From NCBI RefSeq assembly GCF_021869535.1, contig NW_026262679.1, positions 117,924,001-117,988,000 on the forward strand: a DNA stretch of 64,000 bases, read 5' to 3'. Below the pieces are notes generated by a model. That model ran no database searches, was not told the origin of the DNA, and saw only the letters and a list, made by a program, of their open reading frames with translations. The stretch is from Mytilus californianus (taxonomy: Eukaryota). Position 1 is the first letter of the stretch, and every line of letters starts with the position of its first letter. A program made the position numbers and the translations under genes. Below, piece by piece: positions 1 through 11,900 of the stretch.

Positions 1-5
1 TGAAA

Positions 6-158
6 CAGTGGCGGATCCAGGGTTCAGGGTGAAAAGGGGGGACGTAATTAACCAAAATGATACACATCTATTTTTTAATGATTTTATGCTAAAAGAAAGA
101 TATTTTTTACAACCAAAGGGAGGGCGAACGCCCTCAACGCCCTCTGAGACTGCCAATG
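6..158 (+). mobile_element. Short MITE with CAGTGGCGGATCCAG-type terminal inverted repeat (right end degraded)
   Basis: Starts CAGTGGCGGATCCAG (6-20) and ends CTCTGAGACTGCCAATG, a decayed version of the CTCTGGATCCGCCACTG end seen at 3837-3853. Its G-rich then C-rich interior resembles that of 3730-3853. Confidence 0.6.
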
Positions 159-1701
159 TAAATGTGTACAGTAATTTGTGCAAATAAAAATCAAAGTACT
201 GAAGTACTGAAGTACTGAACATCGGATGACCGCAAGTTCTTGTGGATTGTCAAAAGCATTTGTCACAGAAAAAAATTACATCTCTATACCTGAAACTGAG
301 GTTAATGTACAGAGATATTATTTTTCTGAGACAAGTTCGTGCGTGGATGATGAATAAATGAAAGGAAACTCAACCTCACTGTAATAACTATTATATTGTA
401 GTGATACGAATCAGTATACACTGGTTTGTTGTTATATATTATATTAATATAACAGTTACATGTATATATAATTTTCATCCATTTGTATATCATTCTATTC
501 TACTATTCTAATAAGAGTGCAATGCAAAGTGCATTGTGGACACTCTTCTGTAAAAATTCGATTTTTCTGAAAGATTGGATATGAGTAGGCATTCATATTT
601 TCCCGCAAAAACAATCTTTCATGCAGAGTTACCGGTCCTTGCCGGGATTGTCGCAAAATGTTCTTGAGATATTCTTCCGCATGCTTTACCATATCAATGA
701 TTTTTACTTATATAATATATATATATATATATATCTAACGACAAAACATTTTCATATTATTAATTTATGTTCTAAACAAAAATATTGTTATCAGTATTCA
801 TTGAAGAGATGTATTTATAACAAACGATAAGGAATGTTATTTTGCACTCGTTAATATCCGCGTATTTATCATGTTTATAGATCGGTTACAAACCCAAAAC
901 GAAAGTTACGTAATTGAAATCTAGGCGATAGCAATACATCGGAATGCCCTCACGGTCATCGCGATGTAAAAATAACGAAAAAAAACATTGTGACACGCTT
1001 CACGCAAAGTTATGTCTTTATTTGTATTGCTTACGTTTCATAAGCTGTTATTTTTCTTATAAATGTGCATAACACCATAATAAATAAAAATTGTAACACG
1101 TCACACATTTCTCTATCAATGAAAGCTAAATTCAAATCCTGTTTTGCAACTAAAAAAACTAAAATTGACCTAGTTCCCTCCACTGATTGTTTTTAAAAAC
1201 CTCTTTAAAGTTTATTCCGAGCTGCCAGACGCAAAAAAAAAAACGTACAAAGGCGAAGGTATAAACTTTTAATGGTCCTTTGAATTAGAAAATATTATTA
1301 ATCTATATCAAATAACAGTCTATAAATGTTCATAGCACACGAGTTTGTCAGATATCATTATTTGTGTTGGCTTGGAACAAACTTACTGCATTTCATGCAA
1401 AACTGCAATAAAAAGCCTTTCTTGAGATCATTTCACTATAATTTAGATATGAGCTACGACCTAACATAAAAAGATATTCTACTACAAGATAGCTTATACA
1501 AATATGTCACGAAGGTAAAATATAATTGTTGACAACGCCTTGGCTAATATCTATATAGTTTTGCAAAACCTATGTGTGAAATGGCCGTTTGTGTTAAATA
1601 TTTCAATATCAACATGTTGATGTTATATGAATTTGACCAATATATCAAGGGAATACACAGAATTTTCAGACTATTTTATTATATTTTGGCAAATGGCCTT
1701 C

Positions 1702-1981
1702 TGTATATATGTGCCTGTTCCAAGTCAGGAGCCTGTAATTCAGTGGTTGTCGTTTGTAGCTGTATTACATATTTGTTTTTCGTTAATTGGTTTATATGAA
1801 ATCTGACCGTTAGTTTTTCTCGTTTGCATTGTTTTACATTTGTCATTTCGGGGCCTTTTATAGCTTAGTACGTGTTATGGGTTTCGCTCATCGTTGAAGG
1901 CCGTACGGTGTCCTGTAGTTGTTAACTTCTATGTCGTTTGTTCTCTGGTAGAAAGTTGTCTCATTGGCAATCATACCACAT
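1702..1981 (+). repeat. Dispersed ~280 bp repeat = 3' end of a Penelope-like element
   Basis: TGTGCCTGTTCCAAGTCAGGAGCCTG...TCATTGGCAATCATACCACAT is collinear with 56920-57185, which directly follows the PLE RT fragment. Confidence 0.8.
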
Positions 1982-1984
1982 ATG

Positions 1985-2280
1985 CCTATCGACAGGAAAT
2001 TTTGATACAACGTTTTTCTATGAGTTATGCCCCTTTGAACTTAGAATTTTGGCTTTAATATACTACTGCAACAGTTTGTCATCGCAACTTCTCTGAAACC
2101 ACTCAACAGAACTTTATGAAACTTTGTAGATAATAAGGACATAATTTGTAGATGTGCATATCCACAAGAAATTTTTGAAGGAGTTATGAGTCTTTGAACT
2201 TAGGAATCTGGTAAAATTTTGTTTGCTCAGTGACAATGTGAGGGCGTGGGGTATGTGAGCATGCTCACAAAGGTTCTTTA
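1985..2280 (-). mobile_element. HINE-like (Helentron-associated) element fragment with internal satellite-like units
   Basis: The motif GAGTTATG..CTTTGAACTTAG occurs twice about 160 bp apart, and there is a terminal GTGAGCATGCTCAC palindrome next to an A/T-run end. This resembles bivalve HINE elements (family assignment from memory). Confidence 0.5.
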
Positions 2281-2433
2281 ATTTACGTACTTGTATTCAT
2301 TAGTTTCGATCTTTTTTCAAAATGAATAAAATAGTCTGAAAACCCGTTGTATTCTCTTGTATAATGTTTGGTCTATGGAGGTCAATCGTAAGCATCAAAA
2401 TTCATAATTACGACTACGTTTCAGATTCATATT

Positions 2434-3853
2434 CAGGGGCGGATCCAGGATTTTGGAAAGGGGGGGCGAAGTATGGAAATATTTTGCCGAGCGGAGCGAG
2501 GGGAAAAATTTTTGGACCTTTTTTTGGGTAAAAAACATAAAATAAGTGTAAAATGCACGTTTTTAACGTTTCCTGACGTGGGGCATATATATTTTATAGT
2601 TAAAGTGTAAGGGTTTGATATTTTTGATGCCGTATTCTCCCCATTAATTGTCTATTATAAAATGATTGGATGGATCCAAAGCTATGTACTAATATATTTG
2701 ATGTGGGACTTGTCAGTAAAAAAATGACATGGAAAATTCTCGTTTGTTGTATGTTTAGTTAGCATAACCTCACGGATTTCTTGTTGTAAACCAGAAATAC
2801 GCCGGGCTATTCAATGAAATTTATCGACACGAGTTAAGAAAGACAAACAAGCAATTTTTATCCAAATGTTTGGTTGAAATATTTCACCCAACAAGGGAAG
2901 TGAGGGGTTCCAAATCAACCAAAGGCTTCGAATGAGTCTAAAATGACAACGAATTTATGAATGACGGTCGACAAGTGAAGACATAAAGGCCACACCCAGC
3001 AGGCAGGTTGCAGTCGGGCCTTGAAAAAAGTATTCATTATATCAGTTCGACGAAACAGACATTCCGGTAAGATATGGGATTAACATGCAAACCCCCGGCC
3101 CCAAAAAAATTACGCCCGTTTTTTTATTCATCATGTTCATTTAATGCTAAATAATTCTGTTGGAAATTTTTGTAATAGCAAAAAAGTGCACAAGATTATT
3201 GTTTTCAATCCAGATACGGCCAGAATTTTTGTTTAAGGCAAAAATCAGGGTCAGAATTTTTTCTCTCAAATATCTTAGACTGCCCCCTCAAATCAAATGG
3301 TCCGTACCTTAGACTTCAAATCTATCTAGAGCTTATTGCCTGGGGATCATTATTCAGCTATGTTATTAATAGGCTGGGGCGTGTGGGGTTAAACATGTTT
3401 TCGTAGTTAAATAATATTGCTGTGGAACTTTTTTTTCAAGAGAGTGTAATAGAGTATTACTTTCTGTTTGGTGGAATTGTGAAATAGAAGTCAATAAATA
3501 CGTTCTTGCTCAATCCTTTGTCGCTTTGAAGGTGTCATGCTTGTCATCCTCAGCCTAAGCAATGTGTTACTGTTATTTGAATTCAAAATGACTGAGTGAC
3601 GTTTTTTCAACGCACTGGTTAACTCCACCGTAGCGAATCACATGATTTTGACATAATCAATAATATATTACAGTAAATACGAGCGAAAAATATCTTTATA
3701 AGTAAAGAACTGTCGCATAAAAATTAAACACGCGGGAAATGGCAAAGTTCACGAATTCTAGTCTGATTAATCAATTTACAAAAAAAAAAACGTGCAAGCA
3801 AAAGGGGGGGGGGGGTCGTACGCCCTCTACGCCCCCCTCTGGATCCGCCACTG
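2434..3853 (+). mobile_element. Composite or deleted TIR element with CAGGGGCGGATCCAGG...TCTGGATCCGCCACTG ends
   Basis: Imperfect 16 bp inverted ends, with ATATT immediately outside both ends (2429-2433, 3854-3858). It could instead be two independent half-MITEs. Confidence 0.45.
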
Positions 3854-4130
3854 ATATTAGATTTCAATCTTTAAATTGGGTACCACATTACATTGAAGAT
3901 TATCATAGATTCATCAAGGGACTTAATTGACGGCTAATGAACTGGACACCTGAGCAGCTGGGATCCTCTTCATATTTGATCAGCGCAGAAAATCGTGGAC
4001 CATAACAAAAGTCCGATATATCATAGGAGCACTATATGGACAACGTGGTACTCCCATGTTTATACAAACGAAATTCCATAAAAAGTGAGAGAAGATACAA
4101 AGGGGACATTCGAAAATCATAAGAACAATG

Positions 4131-4620
4131 AAAACAGACAAAAGTATGGCCAAAAATAAAACAGACAAAAGTATGGCCAAAAATAAAACAGACAAAAGTA
4201 TGGCCAAAAATAAAACAGACAAAAGTATGGCCAAAAATAAAACAGACATAAGTATAGCCAAAAATAAAACAGACATATGTATGGCCAAAAATAAAACAGA
4301 CAAAAGAATGGCCAAAAATAAAACAGACATAAGTATGGCCAAAAATAAAACAGACAAAAGTATGGCCAAAAATAAAACAAAAATAAGTATAGCCAAAAAT
4401 AAAACAGACATAAGTATAGCCAAAAATAAAACAGACATAAGAATGGCAAAAAAAAAACAGACATAAGTATGGCCAAAAATAAAACAGACATAAGTATAGC
4501 CAAAAATAAAACAGACATATGTATGGCCAAAAATAAAACAGACAAAAGTATGGCCAAAAATAAAACAGACATAAGTATGGCCAAAAATAAAACAGACAAA
4601 AGTATGGCCAAAAATAAAAA
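4131..4620. repeat. 27 bp tandem array (~18 copies)
   Basis: Unit AAAACAGACAAAAGTATGGCCAAAAAT; it explains the KTDKSMAKN / SVLFLAILL repeat ORFs. Confidence 0.95.
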
Positions 4621-4641
4621 CGACGAAAGAACATTACATAG

Positions 4642-4826
4642 AAAGACCGTGCAACACGAACCCAACAAAACTAAAGACCGTGCAACACGAACCCAACAAA
4701 ACTAAAGACCGTGCAACACGAACCCAACAAAACTAAAGACCGTGCAACACGAACCCAACAAAACTAAAGACCGTGCAACACGAACCCAAAAAAACTAAAG
4801 ACCGTGCAACACGAACTCAACAAAAA
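4642..4826. repeat. 31 bp tandem array (~6 copies)
   Basis: Unit AAAGACCGTGCAACACGAACCCAACAAAACT with starts at 4642, 4673, 4704... Confidence 0.95.
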
Positions 4827-5744
4827 TCGGGGGCAAACTCATCTGCTCCGGAAGGGTAAGCAGTTCCTGCTCCACACGTGGCACCCGTCTCATTGCTCAA
4901 GCAAATACAAATCAGAGATAATAAGGCTCTTTCTGTAATGTCACAATCGAGCAACCAAGAGGACGGGATTGTGGTTACAACAAATGGAACATATCAGTGG
5001 TCACATGTGATACAAATATTCCCTCATGGTCAACTAAACCATGATGATGGCGTCCGTAAAACTTTCGAAGGGATGAATAACTTCAACTTCACCACTTGGA
5101 ACTCTTGATGTTTCTTTGTAAGCAGTTTCTCTCTATCAAGGAAATCATGATAAGAAACGTAAGCTCTGGAATACAGTATCAACTCGGAGATATATTCTTT
5201 GTATGCAGGTGTTGCTAGGTGCTATTAAAATGTTCCTACACAGAAATGGAAAGTTCAATTGAAAATTGGAATAATCTTTTTTGTCGAAAAGTTTAGTTAT
5301 GTTCGACTTCATATTTAAACGGCTATCAATTATAGAATCACAAGTGGAAAATCTTATTTTCATGTTCTACGCTTAGTTCACATAGGACTACAATCTAAAT
5401 TGGAGTTTATGAAGTAGCTAACAGTAGGTGGTAACATTGATACTATAATTCTTGAAATGGTTGTTGTAATCAATCGTATTTTTTTATAATAAATCTTCTT
5501 ATTTATTATAATAAAATAGTAACAAATTTCCTGAAAAAAGTGCAGATAAATGTTTCGCAGCATGTAACTATAATAACAGAGAGCTTAGTCAATTGATGAC
5601 AAAAATTACGGAAAGGCTATTTCGTACTTTTATAAATTGACGGCACTGATCGATATTTCGATTTTATCTGTAATTCAATTCAAATGTTTACTTCTTGTTA
5701 TATCATACCAAATTCAGACTAGGGCTTCATAATAGTATAAAATT

Positions 5745-6508
5745 AAATTGAGAATGGAAATGGGGAATATGTCAAAGAGACAACAACCCGACCAAAGAGC
5801 AGACAACAGCCGAAGGCCACCAATGGGTCTTCAATGCAGCGAGATAATCCAACACCCGGATGTGGTCCTCAGCTGGCCCCTAAATAAAATTGTGTGCTAG
5901 TTCAGTGAAAATGGACGTCACACTAAACTCCAAAACATATAAATGAACTAAAATTAAAAAACATACTAGACTAACAAAGGCCAGAGGCTCCTGACTTGGG
6001 ACAGACGCAAAAATGCGGCGGGGTTAAGCACGTTTTGTGAGATCTCAACCCTCCCCCTATACCTATAGCCAGTGTAGAATAAAGAAACACATAGCAATAC
6101 GCACAGTAAAACTCAGTTTAAAAGAAGTCCGAGTCCGATGTCAGAATAGGTAACAAAAGAAACTAAGCAAAATGACAATGATACATAAATTAACAAAGGA
6201 CTACTAGCAGTTACTGACATGCCAGCTCCAGACCTCAATTAAACTGATTGAAAGATTATGTCTTCATCATATGAAAATCAAGTACAATCCCTCCCGTTAG
6301 GGGTTTAGTATCATACCATCATAAAATTTTTGAGAAGAACATAACCCGTATCATGCCAACAACTGGTTTTAGAATAAATGTGTTTATTTCCGATGCAAAG
6401 ACCCTATGAGTGAATCAATATTAACACCAAAATATGCAATCCTTAATGACTTGACAACAGTATCGTAACTATATCCTTTCCGAATAAGTCTGTTTAAAGG
6501 TTTGGTTA
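5745..6508 (-). mobile_element. 3' region of a second PLE-related repeat family
   Basis: Contains AGGCTCCTGACTTGGGACAG (reverse complement of the CCCAAGTCAGGAGCCT motif shared with the PLE 3' ends), GAGACAAC and GCGGGGTTAA blocks. No coding remnant is seen. Confidence 0.55.
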
Positions 6509-6619
6509 AAAACCCCGTTGAGCACTGCATTGTCAGAATGCAATTTTTCCTGTGGCAGTTTTTTTGTAAGCAGGAGCTTTTAAGTATGTATAATTTGAAA
6601 TCTAAATAATAATTGTAAA

Positions 6620-7005
6620 ACTAGAACAATCTTACAAAAGCCAGGAGTGATATTCATTATCATGTATGCCAAATTATACTATCATACACAAGCCAGGAGT
6701 TATATATATCATCATGTAGGCCAAACTAGATTACTTTAAAGCTAGAAGTTATATTTTTTTTATTTTTTAGGCCAAACTAGACCAATCCTACAAAACCCAG
6801 GAGTGATATCGATTATTCTGTTTGCCAGACTATACCAATCCTACAAAAGCCAGGAGGGGTATCGATTATTCTGTAGACCAAACGAGACCAATCCTACAAA
6901 AGCCAGGAGTGATATATGTTATTATGTAGGCCAAACTAGACCACTACTACAAAAAACCAGGATTGATATCTATTATTTTGTAGGCCTAACTAGACCAAAG
7001 ACCAT
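6620..7005. repeat. Degenerate 53 bp tandem array (~7 copies)
   Basis: ACCAATCCTACAAAA at 6781, 6834, 6887 (period 53). Confidence 0.85.
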
Positions 7006-7124
7006 TACGTGAGGATGAAACATTCAATATAATACTTCCATGGTTATACAAAGAGAAATAAAGAATAACTATATATATATCTACTGTTCCAGCACTGTCA
7101 CACGATAAAGAGGATTAAACGATC

Positions 7125-7505
7125 GCCCACATGTTTAACCCCACCACTTTTCTTTATTTGTCGGTCTCCAGCCAAGAGTCTAGTGGTTGTTAGAAGCTGA
7201 TGTCTGCCATAATTGTTTTTCGTTTAAAGGTATAAGATTTAATCAGGCGACTGGTTTTATTATTCGAATTGCTTCACATTTTGTATTATCTGCGTCTCTT
7301 ATAGTTTACTATACGGTTTAGGTTTAGCTTAGTGTTTGTCGTACAAGTAGGTGCGAGTCGAGATTTGTTTTAAATATATGTATATAGTATATTCAGTATA
7401 AAAATAATAGTTTTTTTTTTAATTTAGTCTCGCACCTGTGGCCGTACCGTGACCTGTAGTTTATAAATTTGCCTCATTGGCAATCATACCACGTCTCCTT
7501 ATTTA
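7125..7505 (+). repeat. Degenerate PLE 3'-end copy
   Basis: CACATGTTTAACCCC...GCCGTACCGTGACCTGTAG...CTCATTGGCAATCATACCAC, with an internal insertion. Confidence 0.6.
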
Positions 7506-7781
7506 TATGCTCTATTTAGATGACAAGAACAGTTCAAGTGTATGCAATAACCTTCCATATATACAGAACCAAAAAGTAATCATCTGTTATCCTGCTTAAT
7601 TCAATTGTTTCCAGTGGGTGAAATTACTTAATACAATTACGTACGTCAATCGAACATTGAGTCGTCATTCCTTTTTACGGCATTGATTCAACGTCAAAGC
7701 ATGTTATTCTAATTATTACACATGATTTCCCTCGAAGTGTCAAATGCACAGAAGCACATTGGTTTGTTACAATGAGCTATG

Positions 7782-7942
7782 TAGAACATCATCCTTGGAA
7801 CGTAGAAGCCATTCATTAAAGTTTCTTACGAGTATAGAACATCATCCTTGGCCTTGGAACGAAGAAGCCATTCAAAAAAGTTTCTTATGAATTTAGAATA
7901 TCATCCTTGGAACGTAAAAGCCATTCATAAAAGTTTCTTATT
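7782..7942. repeat. Three tandem copies of a ~54 bp unit
   Basis: TAGAACATCATCCTTGGAACG.AGAAGCCATTCA..AAAGTTTCTTA repeated three times. Confidence 0.85.
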
Positions 7943-8097
7943 AGTAATTGTTGTTTTTAGAAAGAAAAACATAAATTATAAACTTTCACGAGAATAAAAT
8001 TTTAGATAGAAAGTTCGTGATGATGTTTTCGTTAATTTTAGTTTCGCACATTAGATAAAAAATAAGTAAAATGGTGAAAGAAAAAAAATCGGTTTTG

Positions 8098-8370
8098 GAA
8101 TCTGATGTTCAGTGGTTGTCGTTTGTTGATGTGGTTTATAAGTGTTTCTCGTTTCTCGTTTCTTGTTTTTTATATAGATTAGACCGTTGGTTTTCCTGTT
8201 TGAATGGTTTTACACTAGTCAATTTTGGGGCCCTTTATAGCTTGCTGTTTGGTGTGAGCCAATGCTCCGTGTTGAAGGCCGTACTTTGACCTATAATGGT
8301 TTGATTTTACAAATTGTGACTTGGATGGAGAGTTGTCTCATTGGCACTCATACCACATCTTTTTATATCT
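8098..8370 (+). repeat. PLE 3'-end copy (subfamily variant)
   Basis: TTCAGTGGTTGTCGTTTG...GTTGAAGGCCGTAC...GAGAGTTGTCTCATTGGCACTCATACCACATCT. Confidence 0.8.
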
Positions 8371-8748
8371 ATTAACATTTTACATTTTTTTTATATTTAT
8401 TTCTTCTTTAAGTAACTGCGAGCAAACTTTTATCAGGTATATTGTTGTAATTCATTTGTGTTTTTATATTTTATACCAATCACAATAATTGTATATTGTA
8501 GAGTGCTACCTCTGCACTGATCTTTATCGCACGGTCTTTTATAGAACTTTTTATTCTATTGATTGAAAAAAAAAAGATGTTTATATTCCTGTCCTGAGTC
8601 CAAACTTTTTCGCTAGTTGTTTTTAGTTATATGTTAGTTTTTTTTCTAATAGGATATTTGGTTTCAGTGGCAGATCTTTTATTTTCTCTGTTAAAATTTT
8701 GTATACTAGCAGCGATATGTAGCGTGACAAATTTGGTAAACAAAATAA

Positions 8749-9255
8749 AACAATTCGTAAGGGGTACCGCTGAACCCTGTGCCTCGCCTGCGATTGCTGC
8801 TGTCAGTGTAAAAGTGTAACGAGTCCATTTATCAATGAAATACAGAATTTAAAAAAAATCAAACTTTTTCTTTAGATAGTATTTCTTGGTCTTGAAGATT
8901 AGCCTCTGTCCAAGTTTCATAACAATCCATGAAGGTTTACAAATTATCATGTAAAAAAAATTTAATCCAAGGCTGTCTGTAAATGTTAACTGTAATAAAA
9001 CTAAGTCCATCTATCAAAAAAAATTCGGAAAAATGAAAATGAATATTTTAAAAATTTTGCTCTGGATACTTTATATTGGTCATAAACAAGCTTCTGTCCA
9101 AATTTCATAAATTTCCACGAAGATTTGGCAAAGTTAATTGACATAGTTATGTCTAAAAAAAACTGTAACCACAGACTGAACCTAAATGTTGACGCCGCAA
9201 ACGCCGACGACGGAATCTAGGATCACTATGTCTCGCTTTCGACATCTCGACAAAA
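8749..9255 (+). mobile_element. HINE-like element
   Basis: AACAA start, GACGCCG/GACGACG microsatellite-like stretch near the 3' end, and a terminal TGTCTCG...CGACA hairpin followed by an A-run. Confidence 0.5.
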
Positions 9256-9312
9256 AAGAGATGTGGTATGATTGCCAGTGAGACAACTATCCACCAGAGT
9301 GCAAATGACGTG
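9256..9312 (-). repeat. Terminal fragment of the PLE 3'-end repeat
   Basis: AGATGTGGTATGATTGCCAGTGAGACAACTATCCACCAGAG is the reverse complement of the repeat terminus. Confidence 0.75.
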
Positions 9313-10146
9313 CATATAGGCATAACCTTGTTATTCAGTTCCTAAGGATGTCATGTTAACCTCTTAATGTCTACTGCTTTAATTGTTTTGTTTTTTATTG
9401 TTTGACAAGGTATTGAAATAAATATCTAGCAATTTACAACATAAAAACCTGTAAACATAGTTAAGTTTAGAATATTATAAAAAAAAACGAAAACTGATTA
9501 AACGTAAGTTTTATCCTAAACATTATGCAAACTGGTGGCTTCTTATCAGATCTTTCTATACTTGATCATAGTAAGTGAAATGGCAGGTTGCTTTTATCTG
9601 TAAATTGATTTGCCATTATTTATAATATTTATTTATCATCAACAAATGTTCTATGTTCATTTTAATCCTGTAAATGAACAGTTAACATTAAGAACACTTA
9701 AAATTGTTGAAAGAAATATTACTCTATATTGATTTCATAAAAACATATTTATTCAAGGGATACCTCCATCGTTTTATTGAAGAAAATCATTAAATGATGA
9801 TATCTCCTATATTTTCAAACAAGGGAAAACAAGATTAATTTCCACATTCATTTCCTTATTAAACGGATATGCAATGAATGAAAATAGAATACCGTTCCAA
9901 TCCCTATTGGTTTCCAACATTAAGTTTAAAGTAGAACATACTGATGATATTGTTATATTAATACTGGAAGGAAATTTTAATTCGGACCGATTGTATTGAA
10001 AAAAGGACATAAAAGTACAGTTATATAATCCGGGATTTTAAAATTCTTTTTAAGAAATAATAATCCTGTAATAGTGTTTAGTATGATACTATCTTTCGTA
10101 CTTTGTGCCTTTAATATATTAGTACTTATTTTCGAGTACATTTCAG

Positions 10147-10211
10147 ACCAATGAAAGTGACTACTCTAAGACTTATTCTTGTTACTTTAATAGCGAACAT
10201 TTAAAACAAAC
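10147..10211 (+). other. Candidate 65 bp exon of an unidentified gene
   Basis: TTTCAG acceptor, GTAAAT donor, and an open frame TNESDYSKTYSCYFNSEHLKQ. No homology recognised. Confidence 0.2.
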
Positions 10212-10459
10212 GTAAATATAAACAACAAGTATTCTCTTCGACTTTGAGTTGACAATTGTTTGTTTAAATTCTTAGTTTCTCATTGTTGAAGGACCATTAT
10301 CGTTCGTCATAATACATGTATTAGGTTACCAGGTTACCATAATGTAATGTAATTGTCATGAAGTAAGGCTTTTGTGTCATTCTTGGAGCTTATAAATCGA
10401 ATAAAAACCGTTGTTTCTCATGTGAAATAAAATGTGTACATGTACATTGCATGATTTAT

Positions 10460-10540
10460 ACAACAATGGCGGGTGTGACTAGTGGAGCAGGCACTCTGAA
10501 CCCTTTAAGATTACCCCGGTTTTTAGTGGGGTTCTCATAA
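10460..10540 (+). repeat. Fragment of the PLE 3' region seen at 4820-4890
   Basis: GGGTGTGACTAGTGGAGCAGG...CCCCGGTTTTTAGTGGGGTTC. Confidence 0.6.
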
Positions 10541-10997
10541 CGATCATGCAAGACCCTGACGGATAGTCATTCGTTGCTTATTAATGATTATCTCATACAT
10601 AACCGGATAGTCACCCATTGCTTACTAATTATCATTTCATACCGACCCTGCAAATCCTTACGAACAGTCATTCATTACTTACATGTATCAATGATTGTAT
10701 AATACCGACTCTACAAGACCCCCACGAATAGTCATCCAATGTCGTTAAACTCCCCGCAGTGAAACTTTGAGAAGTCATATCTAAAGCATCTGAATATTGA
10801 AGTATTTGATATACATGTGTTTTCAAGTACAGTTTGATTATAAATCATGTTCAACTGTTTGTAAAACTATGTTGACTTTTGCAAATCAATTTAAATACAT
10901 TACTTATACTTGAATACTAGTTCTATCTGTGTTTCTATATAATTCCGTAATTTAGAAGTAATTGCGGAATAATTAAGCGCTTCGTACTAAAATTTGT

Positions 10998-11480
10998 GCG
11001 CACGCTTTTAAAATCCTATAAAATTATAAAAAGTAGCATTCAATTCAAATGTTTACATTTCAATGCTACAACTATGAAATTACGAGTTAAATCAACTATT
11101 TTGTTTGTTTTTCTATGCATTGTTTTAAAGTTGTAACGGAGATCACGTTCAGTAATAGATGTTGCATTTTATTTCAGTATAGAATGGTTCTATTTATAAT
11201 TTTTGGGGGTGTAAAAGCGTTGACGAAGAACATTTTGTATGAAGCGCCTATGAAATGCTTCCTTCTAATAGTGTGTGCACGATCAACGCTTTTATAAGAC
11301 CAACGCTTTTATAACCCTATAAAATTATAAAAAGAAGCATTCAATTCTTCTTATACATTTTTATGCTACAACGATTAAATTTAGAGTTATATCAAGCAGC
11401 CTTAGCTTTTCGTTTGTTTCTCTATGTATTGTTTTAACATTGTCAAGGATAGCATGCGCAGTCATAGCTGTTGTATTTTA
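10998..11480. repeat. Tandem duplication of a ~300 bp unit (second copy partial)
   Basis: CCTATAAAATTATAAAAAG.AGCATTCAATTC...TGCTACAAC...CTATG.ATTGTTTTAA occurs at ~11016 and ~11317. Confidence 0.75.
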
Positions 11481-11715
11481 TACGGAAATTTAATATGATA
11501 TTGAAATCCTCACGATCGTTGTCAGCCAATCAAAATGATGGATTCTAATAATACATACATAAAATGTAAGTATACGGAAATAAAATATAACTTTTGAAAT
11601 GCCTCGGCCAATCAAAATTACGGAATCGTATGAAACTTCTATGTTATGCAATTATTTGTACGAACACTTACTTCATTTGTACGCATGTTTACTTTATTTG
11701 AAAGTATATTTTCAT

Positions 11716-11772
11716 TCTGAAGAGAAATTTATTGTCGAAATGCACATCTGGTGCAGTAAAAATTGGTTCCGT
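11716..11772 (+). ncRNA. Decayed type I minimal hammerhead ribozyme (PLE/retrozyme-type)
   Basis: CTGAAGA-GAAA tttat TGTC-GAAA-TGCACA-TC-TGGTG. The catalytic core and AUC triplet are intact, stem II has one mismatch, and the 5' strand of stem I is lost. Homologous to the minus-strand copy at 46245-46290. Confidence 0.6.
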
Positions 11773-11900
11773 TCATGTTATCAATAATCATTTTTGGTTT
11801 ACGTGTACGTACATTGTATGTGTACTGTATTTGTTAGAATGCTTACTTTATGAGAAGATTCTACTCGGAAAAGCTGTGAATTTTTCTATATAAGGGCATA

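Larger units (their letters stand above)
4090..5365 (-). mobile_element. 5'-truncated, degenerate Penelope-like retroelement (RT C-terminus plus 3' region)
   Basis: Minus-strand ORF 5145-5363 reads ...TKLFDKKDYSNFQLNFPFLCRNILIAP..., matching the K(L/I)xDKRDDFxFPIVNFPF motif of the better-preserved RT at 56080-56140. The 3' region contains the GCTCCGGAAGGGTAAGCAGTTCCTGCTCCAC block also seen at 10460-10540 and 47520-47600. Confidence 0.8.

Noticed and set aside
3980-4705. Long ORFs with SVLFLAILL / KTDKSMAKN / CLFYFWPYF repeats
   Set aside because: These are translations of the 27 bp and 31 bp arrays; they are open on both strands because the unit is a stop-free multiple of 3.
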